A DNA stretch of 64,000 bases, from positions 34,917 through 98,916 of the forward strand of contig JAHPZI010000017.1 of the NCBI GenBank assembly GCA_019058295.1. Direction: 5' to 3'. Positions 39,678-49,729 of the stretch are shown piece after piece. Every line of letters starts with the position of its first letter. The first letter of the stretch is position 1. The notes under the pieces were generated by a model. The model did not search any database. It was not told the origin of the DNA and saw only the letters and a program-made list of their open reading frames with translations. This stretch comes from Promethearchaeota archaeon. GTDB lineage: Archaea; Asgardarchaeota; Lokiarchaeia; Sigyniarchaeales; SOKP01. Position numbers and translations under genes: made by a program.

Positions 39678-40397
39678 TTATTTTGAGAACTTCACTGTAA
39701 ATATGGATACTCCATAAACGAAAAGAAATAGTCCTAAAACCTTTAATATAAGCGAAATAAAATAAACCAATATTCTAATCTGGGCTAATGCATTTAATAT
39801 TAATTCTGCAGTAATTAAGGCTCCTAATGTATATAAGATTATTCCGATTCCTAATGTTATACTTGGGATACGATATGGTGAAGGTTTCCATGCAAGATAA
39901 AAAAAATAAATAGGTATTATTACTCCAACTATTAAGAATCTAAGATCAAAATAAGAAAGAATTTCAAAATCTTGAGAATTATTAACTGGATAAATAAATT
40001 GGATAATACCTAAAATCATTATAACATATGCTAATAAACCCTTTAATTTAAAATCAAATGTTTTTAAATCAGTTATAAAGATAAAAACTGCAGCACCTAT
40101 AGAATTAATTAACATTGCAATTTTCCAAACCATTAAATTGGGCATTTGATAATAAGTTTCTGAGTCAAATTTTGTTAGAAAGAAGTCAAAATAAAAAAAC
40201 ATAATTCTTGATATAAGCATAGAGACAACAAAAATAAAAACTCCAAATATGAAACCAAAATGAAAAATACCAGCTTCTTTTTTTTGATAATAAATTTTTA
40301 TTCCAAGAAATAAACAAAGAACTAATTTAACAACTATTAATATAATAGTTAGAACAAAAAAAATATTAAACTCTAAGTCGCTTATTTGTAGGAACAT
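39678..40397 (-). CDS. Seven-TM membrane protein
   Basis: Seven hydrophobic segments; lies directly upstream of the longin-like gene. Confidence 0.7.
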   Translation of the reverse strand: MFLQISDLEFNIFFVLTIILIVVKLVLCLFLGIKIYYQKKEAGIFHFGFIFGVFIFVVSMLISRIMFFYFDFFLTKFDSETYYQMPNLMVWKIAMLINSIGAAVFIFITDLKTFDFKLKGLLAYVIMILGIIQFIYPVNNSQDFEILSYFDLRFLIVGVIIPIYFFYLAWKPSPYRIPSITLGIGIILYTLGALITAELILNALAQIRILVYFISLILKVLGLFLFVYGVSIFTVKFSK

Positions 40398-40514
40398 GGT
40401 TTATCAAGAATTAAATATATAGATCATTTAAAAAAATTTTCTAAAAGCTACTAGAATTTATTATTATGATTAAGATTATCAGAATTTCGCAATCCATTTC
40501 GCTATCTTAAAAAA

Positions 40515-41441
40515 TTAATAAAAGTAACTTTCATTAAGGCCTAATTCTTTCAAAAAAATTTTAAATTTACCTAGCTTACCTCCGTAATTGCCAGAAGAAA
40601 TTTTAATTAATCCCTCCATATCGATTACTCCTTGGATGGATTTTAACATAGCTTCTTTAATACTATCAATATCAATACCATTAAAGACAATTTCAGGAAT
40701 AGATTTCACTCCCTCAGGAACTTTAAAATCCTCTACAGATAGTTTATCTTTTAATGTTGGACAGAAGGGATGATTAGTTGATGGACCTATTTCTGGAAAG
40801 TTAGTTTCTGGTTTAGAGCCAGCCGAACAAACATCAAAAGTCGTACATACATTATCTATTTCAGCAATAATCTTTACTGCCTCCCTTCCTATCTTAATTC
40901 CAGAATTAACAGAATCGCAAAATAACCATAAATTTCCACCCATTACTCCTTTTGCATAGGAGAGTTCTTGTTCAATTAAAAAATCGTGTCCCATCATAAT
41001 TGGAACGGAAATTAAGTTACGACCAAATTTTTCAATTATCTCTTCATATCCATCTCCACAATGCCCTACATTATTCATCATATTAAATTTAGTTTCTATT
41101 TTGTTTGGGTATGCATTAAATACGGCAGTTGTTGGAACAACCAAGATTCCCTGCCTCATTCTTCTTCCAAGTTGATCGTAGAATTTTGCTTGAGATTTTG
41201 TACCCGTTCCTGTAACCCATAATTGCACTATTGCTCCTAACCTGCCATCAATTGTTTCTTTTTCAGATAACCATCTGACTATACCACCTTCAGCATCTCC
41301 GAACACAGTAGAAGGTAAAGCTGTAAATGCATTCGCGGCTCTGTTTAAGAATTCAGCATCTTGAGCTGTCACCAATAATTGAACCACTAAACCTTCAAAC
41401 GCTTCGCAGTAAGTATCTTCTACTGTTGCCATTTTTACCAT
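40515..41441 (-). CDS. ftr: Formylmethanofuran:tetrahydromethanopterin formyltransferase
   Basis: EDTYCEAF, PTTAVFN, GGNLW, STNHPFCPTL, EIVFNG and GNYGGKLG motifs. Confidence 0.93.
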   Translation of the reverse strand: MVKMATVEDTYCEAFEGLVVQLLVTAQDAEFLNRAANAFTALPSTVFGDAEGGIVRWLSEKETIDGRLGAIVQLWVTGTGTKSQAKFYDQLGRRMRQGILVVPTTAVFNAYPNKIETKFNMMNNVGHCGDGYEEIIEKFGRNLISVPIMMGHDFLIEQELSYAKGVMGGNLWLFCDSVNSGIKIGREAVKIIAEIDNVCTTFDVCSAGSKPETNFPEIGPSTNHPFCPTLKDKLSVEDFKVPEGVKSIPEIVFNGIDIDSIKEAMLKSIQGVIDMEGLIKISSGNYGGKLGKFKIFLKELGLNESYFY

Positions 41442-41583
41442 TCATATTTTTTTATTAAAAAGATATTTCTGAGATATATTCCCAAGATTATTTACATCAA
41501 ATAAAAGATTAAAATTAAATACTTATTATAATCCTTTAATATTAATTTAATTATTAGTTATAAATCAATGGAGACTCAATTTA

Positions 41584-42510
41584 ATGCCAATCGGAATCTT
41601 TTTGTATGAAATTGAAAAATCATTTGGTCCTCAAATTATTGCTGATTATTATATAACTGAAGAAAAAGTTACACCTGAAATTTTAAAAATTTTTAATGAA
41701 AAACATATTAAAAAACATTTGACTGACGCTACCCATAGGCTTAAGAATTCTCTGTATTATTCCAGCCAAATAGAGGCAATTTCTAAAAAGAATAATTATT
41801 ATTTAGGGTTTATACTCAAAGAAGAGGAAGATCTCATCTCATTAAAGAGTATCTTTGAGAAAATTGAGGCCAAAATAGCTCAAGAATTTACTCCAAAAGA
41901 TAAAAAGAAGATACAAGCGCTTTTAAAAGATGTTTTAAATTCAACGATAAGTCTCTTCGAAAAACTTAAGGAACCCATCATTATTAAAGATACCATAAAT
42001 GAGAAAACAAAGCAAATGCTTGATGAGGGAAAATTACAAGAAGCCAGAGAATTAATAGACTTAGGTGAAATAATTCCTGAAAAATTATCGACTGAAATAA
42101 AATTAGCAGAAGAAAGTTTAAAAGAGTCGAATTATAAAAAAGCCAAAAAGAGTTATCTTAAGGCAGCTGACCTTGCAGAGCAGATTAGAGAAACTGAAAT
42201 AGTTGATTTATTAAAAAAAAAAGCGGAACACGTTGGAGATTTGCCAAATCTTCTTAAAACTAGAGATGCGATTAATAAGGGAATAAGAAAAAAGTTAGAT
42301 GAATTAGAAGATATAAAACTGGAATACAAGATTTATGAAAATCTAATCCCTCTCATTGAAAAAAATATAAAGTTATCTTATTCTCTTGAGGATACTGATC
42401 AAATCAAAATATTAGAAAAACTAGTAAAGCTTTCCAATAGTGCTTCAAAAATTGCCCTTGATTTAAAAAAATTAGATGATAATATTAAAAGTTTGTTGAA
42501 AAAGGTTTAA
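41584..42510 (+). CDS. Hypothetical protein: N-terminal longin/uDENN-like region plus helical C-terminus
   Basis: GIFLYEIEKSFGPQI start; helical, charged C-terminal half. Confidence 0.55.
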   Translation: MPIGIFLYEIEKSFGPQIIADYYITEEKVTPEILKIFNEKHIKKHLTDATHRLKNSLYYSSQIEAISKKNNYYLGFILKEEEDLISLKSIFEKIEAKIAQEFTPKDKKKIQALLKDVLNSTISLFEKLKEPIIIKDTINEKTKQMLDEGKLQEARELIDLGEIIPEKLSTEIKLAEESLKESNYKKAKKSYLKAADLAEQIRETEIVDLLKKKAEHVGDLPNLLKTRDAINKGIRKKLDELEDIKLEYKIYENLIPLIEKNIKLSYSLEDTDQIKILEKLVKLSNSASKIALDLKKLDDNIKSLLKKV

Positions 42511-42514
42511 TTTT

Positions 42515-44320
42515 TTATTTATTTTCATTACTTGTAGTATCGGAGGAAAATCCTTCTTCCTGAGATTCTTCAACTATAGGTGGCACGTAATCATCTATAT
42601 CATTCCATATTATTTTTGCTATATCCCAACCTTCTTTTGTAGGATATTTTAAAGCGTTTTCTATTAATCGCTCTCCAATTTCGTTATTCATCTCAACTTT
42701 ATGCAGTCCAGGTGTGTTTTGCATCATCATATCATATTTTGCTCCGCCAGTTCCTATTGGAACGATTAAGATACCCTCATTAATAGCCTTTTCCCCAATT
42801 GCATCTTTAAGGCGTTTAGCAGCATAATATCCGGCGACTCCCGCACTCCTCTCAAATGTTTTTATGGATGGCACCTCTAATCCCCACTTTTTACCTTCTG
42901 CTTCGATAAGTGCGGCTAAAGTTTGAGTTCTTTTACCAAGCATGAATTTATATTCCATTTGAGTCTTGAAATCTTTTCCTTTTTCCTCTCCAACTTTTAT
43001 TATACATTTTAAAGCAGCTCCTGCAACAGATTGAGGATTAACGTCTATTAAATATTCTTCCTCTGCTAATATCTCTTCTATCTTTTTTCTAATTACTTCT
43101 CGAGGTTTAGAAAAATCAATAATTTCTTCACCCTCAGATGGGGGTTTTGCTGTTGCTACGATATCAACTCCTGCTTCCATAAGCTCTTCTATGGTCATCT
43201 CTTCCATAACTACTTTATCAATGAACTTTCTACAAAGTTTAATAGAATTTCTTGGGTTTCCATTTGTCTTTTCAAAAATCATTTCTATTAATTTTTCATT
43301 TAAAGGAAACAATGGATATAATGGAGGATTTAAATTATTATCGTCCCAGAAAGTCTCCATAGTTTTTGAGAAAAAGATCTTTAAATCATTCAAGGAAAAC
43401 GGCTTCAATTCTTGTTCGGGTTCCATGCGCGATCTTAGTGGAGCATCAGCAATTTCTAAAACTCTTGGCCAAATTTCTTTTAAAACGGCAATACTAATTA
43501 CTAATCCTTTTACTTCGTTATAAAGTCGCTTTAAAATCTCGAGAAGTTTCCTCTCGGCTGCTTCGCCGTGCATCCGATAGGGACTTTCAAGCTCGTCAAA
43601 ATAAAGGATAAGAACATCATCTAAATTTTCAGTGATTATTTTAATCATTGCAAGGCATATATCATCTTCTTCAATTACGCTGTTAATCCCTAATTCCTTT
43701 AATTCTTCAGCTTCTAAATCTTCTCCAAGAAGCCATCTTTCAGCTAAAGCCTTTTTGTTTTTATCTAATTGATAAGTTACTAGCGCTTTAACGCAATCTG
43801 CAAATATTCCTGGAAATTCACGAATACCCATTTGGATAACTTCGTCAATTTTAGGTTTTTGAAATAGTCCTTTCTTATCGCCACCCCACTTTTTAAGTAA
43901 TTTCTCTGAAACTTTGTTTAAAATTTCGGGGCCAACTTCCTCAATAATACAAGTATAAACATGGAGTAATACACGAATACTTGCTGGCGGACTCGGAACA
44001 TAGACTATTGTCCAATCAACGGGTTCGAATTTACTAATTTCAATTTCTTGGGATTCTTCAGTTTGAGCAAGTTTCTTTCTATTTTCTCGCTCTTTATCTT
44101 TGAATGAATGATATGCATGTGTTTTACCTGATCCCGCACTCCCTAATAGGGGTATTAATCTGCTAGATCGATCTCGATGTGTTTGGCGAACTAATCGATA
44201 AAATTCGCGATCTATAGAATTTCTCGGCCTAGCAATATCAATCTTATCTGGGATATCGCCCCTACTTACGAAATTTGAGAAAGGTATCATCGGTGCTTCT
44301 CTTAAAACATCCAAATACAT
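42515..44320 (-). CDS. P-loop (AAA+-like) ATPase of unknown function
   Basis: GSAGSGKT Walker A, LYFDE Walker B, LRSR and GNPR motifs. Confidence 0.8.
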   Translation of the reverse strand: MYLDVLREAPMIPFSNFVSRGDIPDKIDIARPRNSIDREFYRLVRQTHRDRSSRLIPLLGSAGSGKTHAYHSFKDKERENRKKLAQTEESQEIEISKFEPVDWTIVYVPSPPASIRVLLHVYTCIIEEVGPEILNKVSEKLLKKWGGDKKGLFQKPKIDEVIQMGIREFPGIFADCVKALVTYQLDKNKKALAERWLLGEDLEAEELKELGINSVIEEDDICLAMIKIITENLDDVLILYFDELESPYRMHGEAAERKLLEILKRLYNEVKGLVISIAVLKEIWPRVLEIADAPLRSRMEPEQELKPFSLNDLKIFFSKTMETFWDDNNLNPPLYPLFPLNEKLIEMIFEKTNGNPRNSIKLCRKFIDKVVMEEMTIEELMEAGVDIVATAKPPSEGEEIIDFSKPREVIRKKIEEILAEEEYLIDVNPQSVAGAALKCIIKVGEEKGKDFKTQMEYKFMLGKRTQTLAALIEAEGKKWGLEVPSIKTFERSAGVAGYYAAKRLKDAIGEKAINEGILIVPIGTGGAKYDMMMQNTPGLHKVEMNNEIGERLIENALKYPTKEGWDIAKIIWNDIDDYVPPIVEESQEEGFSSDTTSNENK

Positions 44321-44405
44321 TTCTTTATCGTCATCGCTTAATTCTGAGTAAATAAAATATCACCCTTTTTTTTTAGCTCATAATAATCAAGATTTAAATG
44401 GAATA

Positions 44406-44439
44406 ATCTTTATTAACCTAAATTATCTTTATTAACCTA
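44406..44439. promoter_or_regulatory. 15-bp direct repeat ATCTTTATTAACCTA x2 in the ATPase/hsp20 divergent promoter
   Basis: Copies at 44406-44420 and 44425-44439. Confidence 0.55.
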
Positions 44440-44520
44440 GATGCTATGTATTTAAACAAATTTAAAGTATTAAAATTTAATGAAATTAAGATTATTAATA
44501 ATGTTTTAAGGTGAAATTGC

Positions 44521-45171
44521 TTGCCAAGAGAAGATAATTGGGACGACGATGAAGGATGGGACGATGATGATGACGATGATGATGATATGGGCGGACCATC
44601 TGATTTCTTTAAATTATTCGCAGATCCAAATAAGCTCTTTAAATCTAAACAATTTAGGAGGTTATTTAAAGAAATCTTAGGGAAGATTTCAAAGGGTTTA
44701 CCTCCTGAATTTCAAAAACTTTCTCCTGAGGATATCCAAAAAGAATTAATGAAAAACAAAGATAAATTTGGTTTTCCATTTATGTATGGTTTCAATATTA
44801 ATATTGGACCAGAAGGTAAGCCAAGAATTGATTCTTTTGGAAATATTAAACCTAAACCATATTCAAGAGATCAAAAAGTTCAGGTAGATTCTACTAGAGA
44901 ACCATTAGTAGAAATCAACGAAGAAAGCGATAAACTTATAATTATTGCTGAAATGCCAGGTGTAACTAAGAATGACGTAGAATTAAAAGCAACAACACAT
45001 TCTCTTACTATTTCGACCAAGTCGGATAGTATTGGAATAAAATATTACAAAGAAATTGAGCTTCCCGCTGCAATTAATTCTGATTATGCTAAAGCTAGAC
45101 TTCAGAATGGAATTTTAGAAGTTAAGTTAAAAAAAATTGACGAAAGGCATACCAATATTCCCATAAGTTAA
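44521..45171 (+). CDS. hsp20: Archaeal small heat-shock protein (Hsp20) with acidic N-terminus
   Basis: YGFNINIGPEGKP, REPLV, AEMPGV and NGILEV motifs. Confidence 0.92.
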   Translation: MPREDNWDDDEGWDDDDDDDDDMGGPSDFFKLFADPNKLFKSKQFRRLFKEILGKISKGLPPEFQKLSPEDIQKELMKNKDKFGFPFMYGFNINIGPEGKPRIDSFGNIKPKPYSRDQKVQVDSTREPLVEINEESDKLIIIAEMPGVTKNDVELKATTHSLTISTKSDSIGIKYYKEIELPAAINSDYAKARLQNGILEVKLKKIDERHTNIPIS

Positions 45172-45198
45172 AAAAACTATCAGAATAAAGGAAAAAAT

Positions 45199-46206
45199 AT
45201 GTCTGAAGAAGAAATTCTATCTAAGAAAGCTTTAATTGTGATTTGTGTAATTTCAATAATAATTATCATAGTAGGTATGATTTTACTAGCATTAGGATAT
45301 AATAAAGCGTTTTACTTAAATTATCCATTGATTCAAGCGATTTTTAAAGTGATAACATATTTAGGTGAACCAGTTGTCTTCATTATTATTATTGCTATCT
45401 TTTATATCGTTTACGATAAGAAATTTGCTAAAAATCTCGCTTTTAACCTATTGATCTCTGGATATATTAATGAATTTGTAAAGCAGATATTTCAAGATCC
45501 TAGACCACCTGCAAATAAAGCTCCGGAAGAAGAATATGGCTTGGTTGAAACTTCATATGGATTCCCCTCTGGACATACGCAAACTGCCGTGGCGACGTGG
45601 GGTTATATGGCATATGAGTTTAAAGACAAACCTAAACCTTATATTGTGCCAATTATTCTTTCGATAATTATATTTTTAATCTCAATATCGAGAATTATCA
45701 TAGGAGTTCACGACCTTGAAGATATAATTGGAGGATTTGCAATTGGAATCTGTCTTTTAATCGCATTTATTTATTTAGAACCTATCATTTCCCCTAAAAT
45801 CAATAAGCTAAGCTTAATAATAAAGATTTTAATCGCTGTCGCTGTATCAGTATCAATATTTATAATTGGGACTTTATTATTCCCTACAGCGGGACTTGGA
45901 CTCGTCGATAATCCTCCTCTATATGCTGATGAAGGCACTTTTGCTTTAGTAGGAGGTGCAATGTTAGGATTAAGCGTTGGATATCTGTTAGAAAATGAAT
46001 ATGTGAATTATGAACCTTCAGAATTAAATAAGAAACAAAAAATAATTAATTTAACTATAGGCATTGTTTTATTACTAGTAATTTACATATGTTTAGACAT
46101 GCTAGTTAGCGGAAACGTCGTTCTTAGATTTATAAGATACGCATTGATTTCGTTTATATTAACTTTTTGTGGCCCTTTTATGTTTAAAAAAATCAATCGA
46201 ACATAA
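45199..46206 (+). CDS. PAP2-family membrane phosphatase
   Basis: KxxxxxxRP, PSGH and SRxxxxxHxxxD motifs. Confidence 0.92.
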   Translation: MSEEEILSKKALIVICVISIIIIIVGMILLALGYNKAFYLNYPLIQAIFKVITYLGEPVVFIIIIAIFYIVYDKKFAKNLAFNLLISGYINEFVKQIFQDPRPPANKAPEEEYGLVETSYGFPSGHTQTAVATWGYMAYEFKDKPKPYIVPIILSIIIFLISISRIIIGVHDLEDIIGGFAIGICLLIAFIYLEPIISPKINKLSLIIKILIAVAVSVSIFIIGTLLFPTAGLGLVDNPPLYADEGTFALVGGAMLGLSVGYLLENEYVNYEPSELNKKQKIINLTIGIVLLLVIYICLDMLVSGNVVLRFIRYALISFILTFCGPFMFKKINRT

Positions 46207-46240
46207 ATTATTTTTTTTAAAAAAAGTACTTATCTTTATT

Positions 46241-46396
46241 TTATTCCACAATTAATGGAGCTATAGCGAGTTCCTTTAGAAGAATACGATTAACTTTTCT
46301 TTTATCGCTTTCTAAAACATATTCATGAGGAACAATGATTTTGTTAATAAAAGTATCTGGTCTATAGGGGTGGCTCTGAACTTGTTCTAAAATCAT
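46241..46396 (-). CDS. Small hypothetical protein (51 aa)
   Basis: MILEQVQSHPYRPDTFINKIIVPHEYVLESDKRKVNRILLKELAIAPLIVE; fills an intergenic gap with coding-like composition. Confidence 0.5.
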   Translation of the reverse strand: MILEQVQSHPYRPDTFINKIIVPHEYVLESDKRKVNRILLKELAIAPLIVE

Positions 46397-46616
46397 ATTA
46401 AAAAGTTAACATTGACGTTCACTTCTTACTTAATAACGTGATGAACTTATATTTATATTTTCTTATTATTCATATGAAAAAAAAGAAAATTACTCTAATA
46501 ATATATAAATTTGTCAATTTTCCAATAATATTTTAGATTATTCGTAAAATTTGGAGAGTTTTTTAAGTTATTTCGCAAGAATAAATGCGACTATAGTATT
46601 TTTTAAATAAAAATAT

Positions 46617-47072
46617 TTAAAATAAATCTAAATATGGTTTTATTTTTTTTTTCCCCTCAGGATTTTTAATATTCTCTAAAATTATTCTTGACAATTCTTT
46701 CTTTTTACTAAAATAAATCTCCATAAATTCATCTTTAGTCATATCGGGATACCTTATTGATAAGGCCAGATCTCTTCTTGGGCACCCTCCACGCCTCATG
46801 CAACAATAAGATATTGAGCCAAAACATACTATATCAGAATCCCAATCATTTTCTTTAGAAAAATTCTCTTTTATAGTTATAAATTCTTCTGGAGAAAGTT
46901 CAATCTCGCTTAGAGTTTTATCTCTTCTGCATTTATAGGCAAAAGCTAGAGAAAATCCGGGTTTACAACAAAAAGTTAGAGCTCTATAATCTCCTCCCAT
47001 ACATATAGGTATTGGAGCATTTTTTTCCCATCCAGGTATGTCTCGAAGCTTTTCAGGGTCTAATTCTACCAA
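46617..47072 (-). CDS. Methanogenesis marker protein 9-like Cys-rich domain protein
   Basis: W.NAP.PICMGGDYRALTFCC and CFGSISYCC motifs. Confidence 0.75.
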   Translation of the reverse strand: MVELDPEKLRDIPGWEKNAPIPICMGGDYRALTFCCKPGFSLAFAYKCRRDKTLSEIELSPEEFITIKENFSKENDWDSDIVCFGSISYCCMRRGGCPRRDLALSIRYPDMTKDEFMEIYFSKKKELSRIILENIKNPEGKKKIKPYLDLF

Positions 47073-47106
47073 TATATTCTTATCTCTTTAATTTTTTAAG
47101 TAAGAG

Positions 47107-47238
47107 GGCCTCGGGCGGGAATCGAACCCGCCTTTCCCCGGCACAAGAAAAATCTTGCCCCTCTAGGGATTCACACTGGGGAATCTAGTAATAGATACTT
47201 GATCTGTCCCCAATACTGACCGCTATACTACCGAGGCC
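47107..47238 (-). tRNA. tRNA-His(GTG) with encoded G-1 and two BHB introns (32/33 at 47176-47205; 45/46 at 47134-47162)
   Basis: Acceptor stem GCCTCGG/CCGAGGC with G-1:C73; T-arm GCGGG-TTCGATT-CCCGC; after splicing the anticodon arm is GGGGA-CTGTGAA-TCCCT; mature length 73 nt, CCA not encoded. Confidence 0.92.
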
Positions 47239-47307
47239 ATCATTTGACAATTCTAACTACAAGTATATAAAATAAATTAATAAAAAGCAAAAAAGTTTTT
47301 CTCTTTG

Positions 47308-47880
47308 TTATTTATTTTGATTTACGACTTTCAGGAGATAGTTTAAAAACTGGTCAATTGCATCCTCTAAATCTCCAGAATTATCAACAACAAAATCCGC
47401 TCCTGGAAATTTCTGATTTGCTTTTGCTCTTTCTATTCTCATCTCTAATAATTCCCCTTTTTCTCTTCCTCTATCTGTGACTCGCTGCAACGTAATTTCA
47501 AAAGGAACTTCTATAAATACGACTTTAATATTTTCGTATTTCTCTCTCGCTTCGTCCACAATAGTTCGACTCACATTTACCAAAACTGGATAACCATCCT
47601 TAAGCCAATCATCAATTTCAATAGGGACACCGTAATTTAATTGATAGATATGCCATTTTAAAGCAAATTTTCCTTGTTTCTCCATTTCTTTGAATTCATA
47701 AGGAGTTATAGAATAATTATCTTCTGTTTCAGATGCGGGTCTCGTAATATACCTCTTAACAACATGAACTTTTTTCAAAGTTTGGGGATATTTCTTTGCT
47801 GCACCATAAATTATTGAATCTTTCCCAGAACCGGAATTTCCTACTACTAAAAATAAAGTGCCTGAAAAATTTTTTTTCAT
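47308..47880 (-). CDS. phnN: Ribose 1,5-bisphosphokinase (PhnN) / guanylate-kinase-like
   Basis: VGNSGSGKDS, RYITRP, YGVP and NVSR motifs. Confidence 0.85.
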   Translation of the reverse strand: MKKNFSGTLFLVVGNSGSGKDSIIYGAAKKYPQTLKKVHVVKRYITRPASETEDNYSITPYEFKEMEKQGKFALKWHIYQLNYGVPIEIDDWLKDGYPVLVNVSRTIVDEAREKYENIKVVFIEVPFEITLQRVTDRGREKGELLEMRIERAKANQKFPGADFVVDNSGDLEDAIDQFLNYLLKVVNQNK

Positions 47881-47982
47881 GAAATCTCAAATACAAATTT
47901 ATTATTTCTTGATCAAATATTATTATCAATCTTACAAGAAAAATTAAATATTATAAGTATATTTATAATATTTGAATTACGA

Positions 47983-48402
47983 ATGGCAAATAATTCTAGA
48001 GAAAGTATAATTTCAGAGATTCCGGAGAGTTATCAAAGGTATTTAGATGAGATTTATATAATATCGCGGAAAAAAAAAGGAGGTTGGGTTTCTAACAAAG
48101 AACTCTCTGAAAACTTAGATGTAAAACCAGCAAGCGTTTCAGGAATGCTAGAAAAATTAGAAAAACAAGGTTTAATTGACTGGAAACCAAGAAAAGCAAT
48201 AAGATTAACCGAAAAAGGAAAAATTATTGCGAAACAATTAAACGAGACTCATGAATTATTACGAGTTTTTTTCCTAAAAGTTTTAGAAATTCCTAACGAA
48301 GAGGTTGTAGATAATATTTCTTGCGAAATCGAGCATCATATTACTTCACATGTGAAAAAAAAACTAAAGGAATTCTTATCAAAATATTTAAAACAGATTT
48401 AA
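47983..48402 (+). CDS. DtxR/MntR metal-dependent regulator
   Basis: YL.EIY, VKPASVS.ML and CEIEHHI motifs. Confidence 0.9.
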   Translation: MANNSRESIISEIPESYQRYLDEIYIISRKKKGGWVSNKELSENLDVKPASVSGMLEKLEKQGLIDWKPRKAIRLTEKGKIIAKQLNETHELLRVFFLKVLEIPNEEVVDNISCEIEHHITSHVKKKLKEFLSKYLKQI

Positions 48403-48454
48403 TTAAATTTGATAATTAATTGAAATATTTAACTCTAAAATTTTGAGGAAAATC

Positions 48455-49219
48455 ATGTCTAATAATTTAAAGAACTTAATAATTAAGGTACAGGAATATT
48501 TCAAGGATTTTACATGTTATATTGAGTTGTCAGATTTTAGGTCTTTTTTGTTGTTTACTTTAACCAGTCAGACGCCATCCAATATTTTAGCACAGATGGG
48601 ATTAGGTGGATCGAAAGATGTAATTAGTATGCCATATAATCCAATTTTTAACATTTATTATCAAAAAATCAATTTAATAGCATCTGGTTCTTTAATTATT
48701 TATATCAAGAGCGATCCTGTTAAAGACGAGTTTATTATCGAAAAAGATGACCCAATTTTTAAAAATTTTTTAAATGCGAACGAAATTAGTCTCGCTTTTC
48801 GCGGCAAAGAGAGATTCATTTTTCCTAGCATCTCAGATTGCTCAGCTTTTGAAATTAACAGCGAACCAACTAAATTAACAGTAAAAATTGATGATTATTT
48901 TCATTCGTTAGAGAGCTTTTTAGCCATCTTGGAGCCAAATGTTTTATTTGTTATGGATGGGAAAAATGAATCCGAACCCGATTTATTATTTACTTTCAAT
49001 CTAATGCCTCAATTCCCTAATGAATTAAAGCAAAATGTCCTTAAAATTGATGCTTTCTTAGATAATAACCATAAAACTAAAGACATAACTTATTTGAAGC
49101 GAGAAGAGGATTATACAATCACTTATTTAAAAAATATAAAAGAAATTAGTCATACAGAACTTTATAAATCATCATTTTCGCTGGTTATTCATATTAAATC
49201 AATAAACAAACCATATTAA
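48455..49219 (+). CDS. Hypothetical protein
   Basis: Long ORF with no recognisable motif. Confidence 0.7.
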   Translation: MSNNLKNLIIKVQEYFKDFTCYIELSDFRSFLLFTLTSQTPSNILAQMGLGGSKDVISMPYNPIFNIYYQKINLIASGSLIIYIKSDPVKDEFIIEKDDPIFKNFLNANEISLAFRGKERFIFPSISDCSAFEINSEPTKLTVKIDDYFHSLESFLAILEPNVLFVMDGKNESEPDLLFTFNLMPQFPNELKQNVLKIDAFLDNNHKTKDITYLKREEDYTITYLKNIKEISHTELYKSSFSLVIHIKSINKPY

Positions 49220-49412
49220 TCTTTTTCTCTTTTTATTAGTTTTTTTTATAATTAATTTCGTCTTCCATAAAACTCTATTAGCAGTTTGATATATCTTATT
49301 CGTCTTCAATTAAGCGCTTAACATCATTAAAGCATTAATATCCTCTATTTATAAACCTACGACAAAATATAATAATAATATCTTAATTAACAAGTTCAGG
49401 TTTTTACCAAAT

Positions 49413-49616
49413 ATGAAGATAATAACGATAAATCTCCCCGAATTTTATCTTTCCGCCATCCAGATCCTAAACGATTTGGGGGTCTATCCTTCAAGATCCG
49501 AAGCAATAAGAATCGCTCTGAAGGATTTCTTAGAAGACGAGTTAAAGTTGTATGAAACTCTTGAAGATAAACCTTTTAAAATGATAATTCAAAATTCTCT
49601 GAATAGAAAAGATTAA
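49413..49616 (+). CDS. Ribbon-helix-helix (CopG/NikR-like) regulator
   Basis: MKIITINLP...YPSRSEAIR.AL pattern. Confidence 0.85.
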   Translation: MKIITINLPEFYLSAIQILNDLGVYPSRSEAIRIALKDFLEDELKLYETLEDKPFKMIIQNSLNRKD

Positions 49617-49729
49617 TTTTATTATTTTTTTTATTTTCTTTTTTCTATATTTTTTAAGTAATAAAGCGAACTCATCTGTATTCTATACTAATTTTTTAAT
49701 ACTAAAAAAAAAAAAGTTGTTTTCAATTT

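Noticed and set aside
44541-44586. GAT/GAC triplet runs here and at ~3251-3278 and ~63590-63610
   Set aside because: They encode poly-Asp linkers; not CRISPR or mobile repeats
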